A model generated the notes under the pieces. It saw only the letters and a program-made list of their open reading frames with translations. It made no database searches and had not been told where the DNA came from. A program made the position numbers and the translations under genes. Shown piece by piece: positions 29,684 through 38,784 of a stretch of DNA of 44,751 bases (its first letter is position 1; each line of letters starts with the position of its first letter). The stretch is from a virus. Location: the IMG/VR virus record IMGVR_UViG_3300045988_055685, positions 1 through 44,751 of that record. One strand, given 5' to 3'.

Positions 29684-31797
29684 TAAACCACCAGCTTTCT
29701 TGCGTATTTATCAAGGATGATTTTCCCGTTTTTATCTTTCACAGCACCGCCCAAGCTGCCCTCCTTGGGTTGGGAATAATACAGGATAACGCAGCCGTCG
29801 CCAGCCGCACCTCCTGGGCCTCCGGAACCTCCGCTGCCACCAGTTCCAACCCAGTCTGCCGATGGAACTGTACCGCGCGGATAACCGCCGCCACCGCCGC
29901 CACCGCCACCTGCTCCACCAGTCCCGCCTTGCCCGGGCACTGATTCCTTTTCTGGCGGTATATTTGCCGCGCCTCCGTCGCCGCCTGCTCCACCAATACA
30001 GTGGTATCCTGGACCATTGCCGGTAATATCATCCAACCAATCTACCATGCCATCATTGCCATCTTCTCCGTTTCCACCGTTTGCAGCGCCGCCACCACCG
30101 CCGCCGCCTGCATAGCCGCTCTTCCCTGCGTGTGTTCCACTTTCCCGCTTTTTGTATTCGTAATTACCACCTTGCCCACCAATGAAGCTTAATACATCTG
30201 CACCATTAGAGGCTCGCGTAGCTGTTTCGCTTTTTGTTCCATCGCCGCCTTTACCACCTTCCATTCCGTTTTTCCCTTTGGCTGCATAGGTCACTTCTGT
30301 GAAAGGATCTGTAAATCCATTGGGCGATGAGGCTCCGCTTGCAGTAGACAGGGAGCCGAATGTTGTATCCGTTCCGTTTACTCCCGCAGCGCCTCCGATT
30401 CCTATGGTAACCGTAAAGGTGTCGCCTGGATTTACATTTAAAGTCGATTGAAGGATTCTCCCCCCATTTCCACCCTCTCCGCCTTTTCCTCCAGCACCGC
30501 CTGTGCCTCCCTGGTTACTCTGTTTGCCATCTTCGCCTTTTTCTCCCGTTAATCCACCCTGTCCACCGCTGATCAACACAGCCCTGACACTTGTCACATT
30601 GTCCGGCACTGTCCAGTTGCCAGCGGCAGTCAATATCTCCGATTTGTCGTAATACTCCACATCCCCAATGTTCTGCGGCTTGTACCCGACAAGGACGCTC
30701 TCGTTTGATTTCAGCTTTTTCGACATTGTAATATCCGAGGATTCAATGCAGCCCTCTACCGTACCGCCGTATGGATGCACAATACTCACCACGTCGCCCG
30801 GGGATTCGCTTTGCACCAGCACATCGCTTACAATGCGCTCGTTGCAGGAATAGTAGTTTACAAGGCGGTCGGCAACGGCGTTTGAGTTGGCAAGCGAAAC
30901 AAGCGTCGCGCTCTCAACCTTTACCACGCTGTCCGACTGGTCTACCAAGTCCCGCGTTTTCGGCGCGATATTCTTGATTACTTGTCTTGTGGTATGCACA
31001 TACTTCTTGCCCGTCAACTTACCGCTGCCAGAGGTTACAATCGCGTAATTCGCACCGGATTCCGTAATCCTGAATCCGTCTGCAGCGAGGTCGTAGCAAG
31101 GCTCGTCAAATGTGATCTTATCGCCAGCCGATGCAGTACCCTCAAACAGGTCTACGGTTTCTGTCGCGGTCTGGTTATAAGCATGCTCAGTTACGATAAC
31201 CTGCGTCACGGGCGTTGCGTATTCGACCGAACCTCCGCTGTACATATGGTCTGCATCGATTTCTGCCGACTGCGAATCCCATAACCCCTCTATGCGGATC
31301 ACCCCGTTATAATCCACCTTGAGCGTTGCGCCGATCGCAAACAGGACTTGCGTCAGGTTCTCGCGCTTTGTGGCGATGGGGAGCCAGCCATACAGCTTGA
31401 TACTCTTGATATTGTTCTTTACAATAGCGAGATACGGACTGCAAATATCCGTAACCACCTCATCTACCGTCTGGCCGGTATAGATGCCTCCATTGTGATA
31501 GGATTCGTCTAACAGGCCGACGGTGGAGGTGCAGTCAAAGCGGTAAGTGTTGATATTCTCTCTGGATATCTTTTGGACATAAAAAGTCCCCATTTGCGTA
31601 TCATCGTGAAAATACGTCAATGGGGTATTCCTTTGAAATTGTGTCAGCGTCGTATCGTCGCTTGTTACCTCAAAACTGAACGTGTCGATCTCAAGAGAAC
31701 TCGACAAAAGCGACCGCGCGTAGTAAGGATTTCCGCTTTTTATTGCGGATTCATCAAATGTTTTATCTAAGTATTTGATTATGTTTCCCATATTCAT
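29683..31797 (-). CDS. Tail tip protein (Tal-like) with long C-terminal glycine-rich domain
   Basis: 704 aa, positioned after Dit-like and TMP. The C-terminal ~280 aa is rich in GG(Q/T/A)GG repeats. Confidence 0.6.
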   Translation of the reverse strand: MNMGNIIKYLDKTFDESAIKSGNPYYARSLLSSSLEIDTFSFEVTSDDTTLTQFQRNTPLTYFHDDTQMGTFYVQKISRENINTYRFDCTSTVGLLDESYHNGGIYTGQTVDEVVTDICSPYLAIVKNNIKSIKLYGWLPIATKRENLTQVLFAIGATLKVDYNGVIRIEGLWDSQSAEIDADHMYSGGSVEYATPVTQVIVTEHAYNQTATETVDLFEGTASAGDKITFDEPCYDLAADGFRITESGANYAIVTSGSGKLTGKKYVHTTRQVIKNIAPKTRDLVDQSDSVVKVESATLVSLANSNAVADRLVNYYSCNERIVSDVLVQSESPGDVVSIVHPYGGTVEGCIESSDITMSKKLKSNESVLVGYKPQNIGDVEYYDKSEILTAAGNWTVPDNVTSVRAVLISGGQGGLTGEKGEDGKQSNQGGTGGAGGKGGEGGNGGRILQSTLNVNPGDTFTVTIGIGGAAGVNGTDTTFGSLSTASGASSPNGFTDPFTEVTYAAKGKNGMEGGKGGDGTKSETATRASNGADVLSFIGGQGGNYEYKKRESGTHAGKSGYAGGGGGGGAANGGNGEDGNDGMVDWLDDITGNGPGYHCIGGAGGDGGAANIPPEKESVPGQGGTGGAGGGGGGGGGYPRGTVPSADWVGTGGSGGSGGPGGAAGDGCVILYYSQPKEGSLGGAVKDKNGKIILDKYARKLVV

Positions 31798-32177
31798 GTC
31801 CTCTGTGGTGCCATTGCAACAAACTTAACGGAAAGCCCTGTCCAGTAGGTTTCGCTTGCGTTCTTGCGTGTAAGCGTATCTTGTCCGGTTGTTACATACA
31901 TTTCAAATGTGGACATGCCCTGACCATATGGTAAAACGGCCATATGGCTGTCAACCGGAGCGGAAAGCACTTCATACAGACTGTCATAGTCTGAATAGTG
32001 GCCAATCTTTGGGTATATTTGCAATTCATAGTTATAGAATGTACCTGTAATATCTCGCGTCATTCGGCCAGACGTAAGGCGGCCTGCATTTTTACCATCC
32101 AGTATATCAAAGCTGCGCTTTACGCCACCGGCGGGAACGAGTACGTCATACTCCACATTGTCAACTGTCAAGATCAT
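31794..32177 (-). CDS. Putative distal tail protein (short Dit-like)
   Basis: Called by position only, immediately downstream of the tape measure gene. Confidence 0.4.
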   Translation of the reverse strand: MILTVDNVEYDVLVPAGGVKRSFDILDGKNAGRLTSGRMTRDITGTFYNYELQIYPKIGHYSDYDSLYEVLSAPVDSHMAVLPYGQGMSTFEMYVTTGQDTLTRKNASETYWTGLSVKFVAMAPQRT

Positions 32178-34984
32178 AGCGCACCCCCTGTAACAAGATT
32201 CATCCCTCTGCGGCGCGTTTCGGATGAATTATAGTTTCCGGTAATGCGCGCGAATTTCTGACCATCAATGTACAGATCGATAGGCGCGCTTCCATTCGCT
32301 CCACCGCGCTCTGCCAGAACTTCGGCAAGCGCTTGTTTGATCGTTGAAAGCGGCGCTTCAATATTTGTTCCTGCTTTTTGGTCGCCCAGAACGGCAAGGA
32401 ACTCATTATTCGGGCTGATTACCGCGCCGGATGCGAGATGGGGGAGATTATCAAGGTTCGGCATTCCACGCAATGACTGGCGAGCCATATTAGCCGATGC
32501 ACGACTATTTGCACTGCTTGTTGCGGCAGTTACCATTGCGATACCACCTACAATCGCGCCTGCCACCAACAACGCGCCTACTGCGCCCTTGACCGCATGT
32601 AATGTAACAGCTAATGTCGCCGCCGCCACTGCGGCCAATCCCATAATCGCTATCGCTTTTTCCAGTGTACTCATATTATTCCATGCGGCCGCAACCTGAA
32701 CAATTAAACCTATTAATACGCCTACCATGACTTTAGTCGCTGTCAAATTATACAACAATCTTGCAACAGTTCCGGCCAAAGTGAGAACATCGCCTATAAC
32801 CTTTTCCAGCGCCCAAGCCGCCACAAATCCAATCACAAGGTTTGTTATGGTTTCCAACAGCCCTTCGTGTTCGGACAAGAAGTTAATTACGCCACCCAGT
32901 AAATTGATTAATGTCGGAAGCGCAGATTGAGTAACCCAAGTAAGCAAAGGAAGTATAATATTTTGGTATATTCTTGACAGAACATCACCTATTACGCTTA
33001 CTATGTCCTTGAGTGAAGTCAAGGTAGACGCAACAGCGGAAAGAAGCGGCTCAAAGTTGATGCTTGCCGCCCAAGCCGCAGTCGCTTGCACGATACGGTC
33101 AATTGTACCGACAATGCTATCGATAATTCCAAGAATCGCTTCCCATATCTGAACGCCGTTGTTGTTGGCCTCCCATGCAATTTGAAGCTGTTCCGCTATA
33201 TTGCCGATAGCCGTAGCGGTATTTTGCACGATGGAAAGAATATGCGAGAAAATGGATTGCCCCAATCCCGCTTCATTCCACGCTATCAGGAACGCCTGCC
33301 CTATGGAATTTGCAAAGCTGGCTATCTGCTGCACCATCGTCATGATCGCGCTCAACATAGCCTGTCCGGCATTGCCGTTTTCCCACGCGGCGAGGAACGC
33401 CTGACCAATGGATGCTATGATCTGGATTATGGTATTGAGCAGGTTCATCAGGGTTTGCAGCATTTGTTCGCCGACGTTGTTCTGCTCCCACGCCGCCCTA
33501 AAGGCATTTGCAATAGCGCCTACGATGCCAAGGATGGTTTGAAGCAGGAATTGCAGGTTATTCAGTGTTGCTACGCCCGTGCCATTCGTCCAAATACTCA
33601 TGAACGACTGGCCTATTGCAGAAACCATGCCTTTCAGGGCTTCCAACGCGGCTTTCGCTGAATCAATAGTCGCCTGCCCATATTGCGCCCACGAATCCTG
33701 AAATACTTTCCAGAAGTCGGTCAGCCATTGCGGCATGGGGATTTGTGAATAATCCGTATCAAATTGCGGTTCGCCTGGCTTCGGCTGCTCCTGCTTCTCT
33801 GTGCTATTGCCGAGCTTTTGAATGGTGTCGAAGCTGGCAAGGGCCTTTTCCGCATCCTTTGTCGCCTGCGTCGTCTCTTCCGTCGCCTGTGCCTGCTGAT
33901 GCAGGGCATCCGCATTCTCCTGTGCCTTTTGTGCGGTAGTGCCAAATACAGACGCTACAAACTGCGCCATCTGAGCCGTAACCTGTGCCAAGGCTTTCAT
34001 TAGCATATTGAGCCACGGCAGGATAGTGTCATAGATCGGCTGAAACGCTGTCAGCAGGTTGCTCTTGATCTGGCCGAATGATTTTGCGAAATCCTTATTT
34101 GCAAGCAGCGCCTTTCCCAAATCCTCGGTTAAGGCGGTCAATGCCCTTGATATGATATTGAAAAACAGCGCGCCCGCAACAATGCTGCGGAGACGGACTG
34201 CAACGGCACTTGCCTTTTTGCTGGTCTTATCGAGTGCTTTGGCACTGGATTTCCCAAAAGAACTGATCTTGTTTTTCGCCTTGTCAGCCGCCGCCCCGAT
34301 GCCGCTGCCGAGATTCTTTTTCAGGCTCCCGAAGGTGTTGGCAAGGGCAGTTTTCAGTTTGCCTATAACGCTGTTGTTCTGCCTGATTTTCTCATTTACC
34401 GTATTCGAGAAGTCGGAAAATTCAGCTTTTGACTGTTGCAGCCCCGCGCGCATGTTCTCAAGCTTGACCTGCTCATTGGACAAATTACTCTCAAGATTCT
34501 GCCCAACCGTGCTGTTCCGTGCGCTCTCAACCGTTTCTGCCAGCGTTTGACGAAGCTGCGCGGCTTTTTCATCCGCTTTTCTCAATCCCTCGGCGAGGCG
34601 GTCCGATTCTGCGGTAAGGGCATTCAACCTTTGCGCGGATTCAGAAAACTCTTCCTGCGGGATCGCGCCCACGGCAGCCTGTTTGAGCTTTTCGCTGTAT
34701 TCGGCCTGCGCAGAATATGCTTTTGCGTTTACCTCTTCAAGCTGCTGCGCCAGCTTTTTTGCTTCGGCTTCCGTCGCTTCCAAATCAGACTTCATTTTCA
34801 GCCCGCGCGCGCCGCCGGAGGACACCTTTTCCCATTGCGCGGCAAGCTTCTTGACTTTCTCTGCCTGACGCTCTACGGCGGCAGTCTGCTTCTCAATATC
34901 CTTTGACATTTGGGCAATCTGCTTTTTAGCCTGTTCGTCGCTTACGGTAGCTTCTATTCTGATGGAGCCGTCTGCATTTGCCAT
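32174..34984 (-). CDS. Tail tape measure protein
   Basis: 936 aa. The N-terminus is a coiled coil, the centre has hydrophobic repeats (AFxAAWE.. x several), and it sits in the canonical position. Confidence 0.85.
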   Translation of the reverse strand: MANADGSIRIEATVSDEQAKKQIAQMSKDIEKQTAAVERQAEKVKKLAAQWEKVSSGGARGLKMKSDLEATEAEAKKLAQQLEEVNAKAYSAQAEYSEKLKQAAVGAIPQEEFSESAQRLNALTAESDRLAEGLRKADEKAAQLRQTLAETVESARNSTVGQNLESNLSNEQVKLENMRAGLQQSKAEFSDFSNTVNEKIRQNNSVIGKLKTALANTFGSLKKNLGSGIGAAADKAKNKISSFGKSSAKALDKTSKKASAVAVRLRSIVAGALFFNIISRALTALTEDLGKALLANKDFAKSFGQIKSNLLTAFQPIYDTILPWLNMLMKALAQVTAQMAQFVASVFGTTAQKAQENADALHQQAQATEETTQATKDAEKALASFDTIQKLGNSTEKQEQPKPGEPQFDTDYSQIPMPQWLTDFWKVFQDSWAQYGQATIDSAKAALEALKGMVSAIGQSFMSIWTNGTGVATLNNLQFLLQTILGIVGAIANAFRAAWEQNNVGEQMLQTLMNLLNTIIQIIASIGQAFLAAWENGNAGQAMLSAIMTMVQQIASFANSIGQAFLIAWNEAGLGQSIFSHILSIVQNTATAIGNIAEQLQIAWEANNNGVQIWEAILGIIDSIVGTIDRIVQATAAWAASINFEPLLSAVASTLTSLKDIVSVIGDVLSRIYQNIILPLLTWVTQSALPTLINLLGGVINFLSEHEGLLETITNLVIGFVAAWALEKVIGDVLTLAGTVARLLYNLTATKVMVGVLIGLIVQVAAAWNNMSTLEKAIAIMGLAAVAAATLAVTLHAVKGAVGALLVAGAIVGGIAMVTAATSSANSRASANMARQSLRGMPNLDNLPHLASGAVISPNNEFLAVLGDQKAGTNIEAPLSTIKQALAEVLAERGGANGSAPIDLYIDGQKFARITGNYNSSETRRRGMNLVTGGAL

Positions 34985-35069
34985 TCAATCACCCCTTTCC
35001 TTTAAAAATGGGTATAAGAAAACCACCCTACGATGTGTAAGGTGGTCTATGTGTTGAGTTGTTTCTGCC

Positions 35070-35097
35070 TTGACATTGGCAGCACGCATGATATAAT
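35070..35097 (+). promoter_or_regulatory. Consensus promoter of module-3 sRNA
   Basis: TTGACA (35070-75), 16 nt, TATAAT (35092-97). Confidence 0.65.
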
Positions 35098-35103
35098 ATA
35101 GAT

Positions 35104-35192
35104 ACAAAGGGCGCAGTCGGTAGACGGTTAGCCCCATGAAGCATTAGAAGTAGCCGCTTCATTTGGACGTGAGGGCGGCTACTTCTTTTTAT
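35104..35192 (+). ncRNA. Candidate ~90-nt sRNA (module 3)
   Basis: Arm, then the conserved-loop hairpin, then TTTTTATT. A second plus-strand terminator CCCCC ttat GGGGG TTTTTTT lies at 35309-29. Confidence 0.5.
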
Positions 35193-35250
35193 TGTCTAAA
35201 ATACGCTCGATAAGTACGAGTACAATGACAAGTATTACGAGATATTCCAT
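35179..35250 (-). CDS. 23-aa hydrophobic peptide with KKK tail (candidate type I toxin)
   Basis: RBS GGGGGCGG. MEYLVILVIVLVLIERILDNKKK. The stop lies inside the hairpin stem. Confidence 0.45.
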   Translation of the reverse strand: MEYLVILVIVLVLIERILDNKKK

Positions 35251-35329
35251 ACAACCGCCCCCTTTCAGGGGCAAGACTTAACCGCCTACCGTTGCACGAC
35301 TGCGCCCGCCCCCTTATGGGGGTTTTTTT

Positions 35330-35359
35330 ATTATATCATAGCGCGTTGTCCAGTGTCAA
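35330..35359 (-). promoter_or_regulatory. Promoter of module-3 peptide mRNA
   Basis: TTGACA (35359-54), 18 nt, TATAAT (35335-30). Confidence 0.55.
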
Positions 35360-35390
35360 TTTATAAGGTTTTTTGCAAACGAAACAGAAA

Positions 35391-35954
35391 TTACCCATCA
35401 AACTGCGCCCAAAACGCTTCTACTGCCTCTTTTTCTTCATCAGAAAGCGCAGGCGCGGGGGTCAGATTCCGCTTCAACCGTTCATAATCATGCTTTTGCT
35501 TGCCCTTCATTTTGCTGGTATCAGTACCCCGTATCTGTATGGCATGCGATAGTGCGCTGCTTTCATCAAGGCTATCTATCATTGCCATAAACTCGAACCA
35601 GTGCAGCTTGGTTTTATGCAATTCGATTCCAAACGTTTGTCTGAATGATGAATACAGCCGCGCTGCGTCAAAATCGAACCACATAAGGCGCTTGCCGCCG
35701 CTTTCCATCTCCTTTTCCTCTCCGCAGCGCATGAACCATGTCATGCCGGCAAGCGCAGTTTCAAGCGGAGGCATGCTTTTCCCATAGAGGAGGCACAACG
35801 CAACCCATATCCGATCTTCTTCTGATAGATTGGGGTCGTCCAGAACGAGGGATATCTGGATGCCGATACGGTAATCCGTCCGGATCAGATATCCCTCATA
35901 ATCCTCTGGAAGCCGGTCAAGCAGCATGTTATACACTGCCGACACGCTCCGCAC
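35391..35954 (-). CDS. Bacteriophage Gp15 family protein (tail assembly chaperone region)
   Basis: DFDAARLYSSFRQTFGIELHKTKLHWFEFMAMIDSL...IQIRG matches the remembered Gp15 pattern. The start is uncertain (GTG 35954 or a later ATG). Confidence 0.7.
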   Translation of the reverse strand: MRSVSAVYNMLLDRLPEDYEGYLIRTDYRIGIQISLVLDDPNLSEEDRIWVALCLLYGKSMPPLETALAGMTWFMRCGEEKEMESGGKRLMWFDFDAARLYSSFRQTFGIELHKTKLHWFEFMAMIDSLDESSALSHAIQIRGTDTSKMKGKQKHDYERLKRNLTPAPALSDEEKEAVEAFWAQFDG

Positions 35955-36321
35955 TGTACTTGTTCATATTGGCGACACGCTTGTTGGTATGCTCCTCAAT
36001 AAACGGCAGCAGTTTGGTAAACAGTTCAATGAACATATCAGAGGACGGGAGAACATCACCAAACACCTTTTTACAGGTATCTTCCCCGATCAGCGCATCC
36101 GTCTTATCGCGTACTTCCTCATCAAACTTTACAACGTCGTCAATTGTTTCTGCAATATCGGCTTTCTTAGCTGAAATCGCCTCTGCCCGCGTTTTGATAT
36201 CGTTCAGAAGCCCATAAAAGCCTTTTACAAAACTGTCGTCAGACAGCGGCAGGCGGATCGTGTCGCCCGCGTCGTTTACCTCGATTACTTTAACGCCATT
36301 GTTAATTCTGATGCTGTCCAT
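35929..36321 (-). CDS. Tail assembly chaperone (Gp14-position)
   Basis: Called by position between the major tail protein and Gp15; the protein is acidic. Confidence 0.5.
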   Translation of the reverse strand: MDSIRINNGVKVIEVNDAGDTIRLPLSDDSFVKGFYGLLNDIKTRAEAISAKKADIAETIDDVVKFDEEVRDKTDALIGEDTCKKVFGDVLPSSDMFIELFTKLLPFIEEHTNKRVANMNKYSAERVGSV

Positions 36322-36324
36322 TTA

Positions 36325-36852
36325 TTACACCCCTACTCCATCAGCCGTAAATGTCGGTTTGCCAGACGTAATTTTTACCGTGCCTGGGATCGGGTCGCCT
36401 ACATAGTTGAGCGTAAACTCCAGCGTCGGTGTCTCACCGCCCGCGCCGCCATAGGTATCGACCTGTACGGAAACCTCCTGTACTTCTGCCTTGTATGTGA
36501 TATCAGGGCTTTCCCCTGTAGAATCCCACATATCAATATTGAGCAGCCAGGAATGCGAACTTCCGAGGGTGGCACGGCTTCTCCGCTTCCGGTTCACATA
36601 CTCAAACACCTCGTCGCCCTTCGTACATTGCTGGGATACGCTCATGGTGGGCTGATAGCCCGTGATCTCCGTTGTGGCCGATTCCGAGATAATGTCCTGC
36701 TCAGTCTCGGTCTGCGCGCCATAGTCAGTTGATGCCTCGGTAACGTTTTTGCCAAGGCGCGCCCATGTTGCCGCCGAATATTCCCCAAACGTCTCTCCAA
36801 CATCAAGAAAATGCGCAATCAGCGGTCTTTTAATTTTTTCTGTTACTGCCAT
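36325..36852 (-). CDS. Major tail protein
   Basis: Called by position and size (175 aa) and by beta-rich sequence. Confidence 0.65.
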   Translation of the reverse strand: MAVTEKIKRPLIAHFLDVGETFGEYSAATWARLGKNVTEASTDYGAQTETEQDIISESATTEITGYQPTMSVSQQCTKGDEVFEYVNRKRRSRATLGSSHSWLLNIDMWDSTGESPDITYKAEVQEVSVQVDTYGGAGGETPTLEFTLNYVGDPIPGTVKITSGKPTFTADGVGV

Positions 36853-36853
36853 A

Positions 36854-37291
36854 TTAACCTCCTACTTCATATTCCATTGTCATCAGGATTTGATAATCTT
36901 CTACGTTGTCATCATGCCTTATAAGCAGGCTCGCGGAAGATGTGCGCTGCACGGTGGTGACGGTTTTCCCATCGTCCAAGTCTGGCCAATTCTCTTCGGC
37001 CCATTCGCCAAGTTTGTTCAATTCGCTTTCCGCGTCTAACCGTTCTTCGCTATCTGTGGGCAGGGACCTGTACAGTATCCCGAATTGGTATTGCGCCTCA
37101 TAACTTCCATCGATATACTGTGCTGTCTTATACGCCCCCTGGATGGTCGTCAAGCTCAACCCTGACCTTTCCGGCGGGAGATATTCAAACTCGATAGTAG
37201 GGCTATGCTTTTTCAGCCACAAAAGAACGGCGCGCGATATGCTATCCTGTTCGCGTGCCGTTACATAGCTTATCTTTTTACTTGTCGGCAA
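36854..37291 (-). CDS. Tail terminator / minor capsid protein 3-type
   Basis: Called by position in the Sfi11-type connector set. Confidence 0.5.
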   Translation of the reverse strand: MPTSKKISYVTAREQDSISRAVLLWLKKHSPTIEFEYLPPERSGLSLTTIQGAYKTAQYIDGSYEAQYQFGILYRSLPTDSEERLDAESELNKLGEWAEENWPDLDDGKTVTTVQRTSSASLLIRHDDNVEDYQILMTMEYEVGG

Positions 37292-37676
37292 GGATTTTCT
37301 TCACCCCCTGCTCCCACTTCTCTTCGTTCACGGCTTTGCTTACTTCAAACCAGTGTGAGGTCGCTTGTGGATGCATTGACTTATTAAATATTAAGTTCTT
37401 ATCTGTCAGTGTTTTCCTTGAGCCTTTTCTGGCATAGCTACTTCCCGTTTCAGGGTCTATCATCAGCTTCCCATAATACAAATAGCGCGCATATGGCATT
37501 GCATATACAATTGCATTCCCGTCACGATGGACATTGGTTGATAAGGCTCCAGTGAGCGCAGGCACAAATTGGTCGGTGTCTTTAATAATTTCTTCTTGCA
37601 ACCAGGCATTCGCTTTTTTTATCCGTCCATCCAGCACATCATCCGGAATATCGATAGCAAGAGAATACCGTATCAT
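37278..37676 (-). CDS. Head-tail joining protein (minor capsid 2 / HK97 gp10-like)
   Basis: DTDQFVPALTGALSTNV...YARYLYYG motif. Confidence 0.6.
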   Translation of the reverse strand: MIRYSLAIDIPDDVLDGRIKKANAWLQEEIIKDTDQFVPALTGALSTNVHRDGNAIVYAMPYARYLYYGKLMIDPETGSSYARKGSRKTLTDKNLIFNKSMHPQATSHWFEVSKAVNEEKWEQGVKKILADK

Positions 37677-37996
37677 TTACCACCCACCTCCCAATGCTGC
37701 ATCTGCGGCGAGCCATAGTCATACCGCACAACCGAAGTCACGCGGTACACCTCATGCTTCTCCCTGTTCGCCTGATAGCTCCCCTCGTCCGGCACGTCGC
37801 CATAGGCGAAGTAATCCGTTTCAGGGTCGAGCCGCAAATCCGGCGCAACGGAAAACGGGATATGCAACGTCACTGTATCCGCACTGTTCATCGCCGTTTT
37901 GGAAACGGATGTGCCGCGCGTAGATTCCAGCAGGACACCGGAAAGGACTGTCCGGCCGGACGGCTGGAACAGGGTCACAGTGTGGGGTAATCGCAT
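37673..37996 (-). CDS. Head closure protein (minor capsid 1-type)
   Basis: Start re-picked at MRLPHTVTLF behind GGAGGTG. Confidence 0.5.
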   Translation of the reverse strand: MRLPHTVTLFQPSGRTVLSGVLLESTRGTSVSKTAMNSADTVTLHIPFSVAPDLRLDPETDYFAYGDVPDEGSYQANREKHEVYRVTSVVRYDYGSPQMQHWEVGGK

Positions 37997-38376
37997 GTCC
38001 CACACCTCCGTCCCCTGTACAGCATGCCCGTTCTTGCAAGGTACTGTGCTGCAGCGCTTTTCAATTGTGTTTGGGCTTCCTGCGATGCCTCCGCACCGCC
38101 ACGATAGCTTACAGACCACGAGCCTACGCTTTCGCTTTGCTTTTCCTGTTCTTCAATAGAACGAGATTGGTACGCATCGATCATGCGGTATTGTTCCGCA
38201 ACAGCGCAGCAGGCCATTTTCAACGCATCAAGGCTGGGGTTTTCCCCCGCCCGTCCCTGCGTGTAGTAATCCAAAAAGGAGCTTGCACGCAGCGCAAGGC
38301 GGGGGAAATCACTTTCTGTGATGGCTGTTCCCAGATATGCTGTTTTGTAATAATCATAGTCTGCGTAAACCATCAC
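37975..38376 (-). CDS. gp6-like head-tail connector (adaptor)
   Basis: YADYDYYKTAYLGTAITESDFPRLALRASSFLDYYT is the typical N-terminal pattern. Confidence 0.65.
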   Translation of the reverse strand: MMVYADYDYYKTAYLGTAITESDFPRLALRASSFLDYYTQGRAGENPSLDALKMACCAVAEQYRMIDAYQSRSIEEQEKQSESVGSWSVSYRGGAEASQEAQTQLKSAAAQYLARTGMLYRGRRCGTCDYPTL

Positions 38377-38382
38377 GCGCCC

Positions 38383-38784
38383 TCACTTTCTTGCACGGCT
38401 CTTTGATTTGGTCTGCGTCTCAAAGGATGCCTGCTTAAAATTGAACGTTACCACGCTGCTATCGTCTACGATCACTTCAAACGTGTCATTCCGCGACACC
38501 CTGAATATGATGTCTGGATCGAACACGATATCCTGCTTTGTGGGTGTCCCATTTTTCTTGAATGTCATTTTAGTTCCAGATTTGGTGAGGTGGAACGGAA
38601 AGTAATATCCGGCTTGCTCCTCCGGCTCGCTGCTAAATCCAGTAAAGCCAGTCACATAATGGAACGTGCCGACCACTTCTCCGCTCTGATAAACTTTCAG
38701 ATCGTTACCCACCATATCGGAAACCTGTTTCCCCAATAGGGTCTGACTGCCGGGGAAAAGGGTTAGAGTGTCAGACCCGATCAT
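38383..38784 (-). CDS. Hypothetical head-associated protein (possible decoration/Ig-like)
   Basis: Called by position directly after the capsid gene. Confidence 0.45.
   Translation of the reverse strand: MIGSDTLTLFPGSQTLLGKQVSDMVGNDLKVYQSGEVVGTFHYVTGFTGFSSEPEEQAGYYFPFHLTKSGTKMTFKKNGTPTKQDIVFDPDIIFRVSRNDTFEVIVDDSSVVTFNFKQASFETQTKSKSRARK

Larger units (their letters stand above)
35070..35359. other. Small-RNA / hydrophobic-peptide module, copy 3
   Basis: Arms at 35109-35 (GGGCGCAGTCGGTAGACGGTTAGCCCC) and 35278-306. Hairpin AGAAGTAGCCGC / GCGGCTACTTCT (35146-57 / 35175-86) with loop TTCATTTGGACGTGAGG. Confidence 0.6.

Noticed and set aside
35929-35954. Programmed -1 frameshift joining the two tail chaperone ORFs (G/GT-like)
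   Set aside because: The ORFs overlap by 26 nt, but I could not find a slippery heptamer (XXXYYYZ) in the overlap. The downstream ORF has its own possible starts. This remains unresolved and is not claimed.
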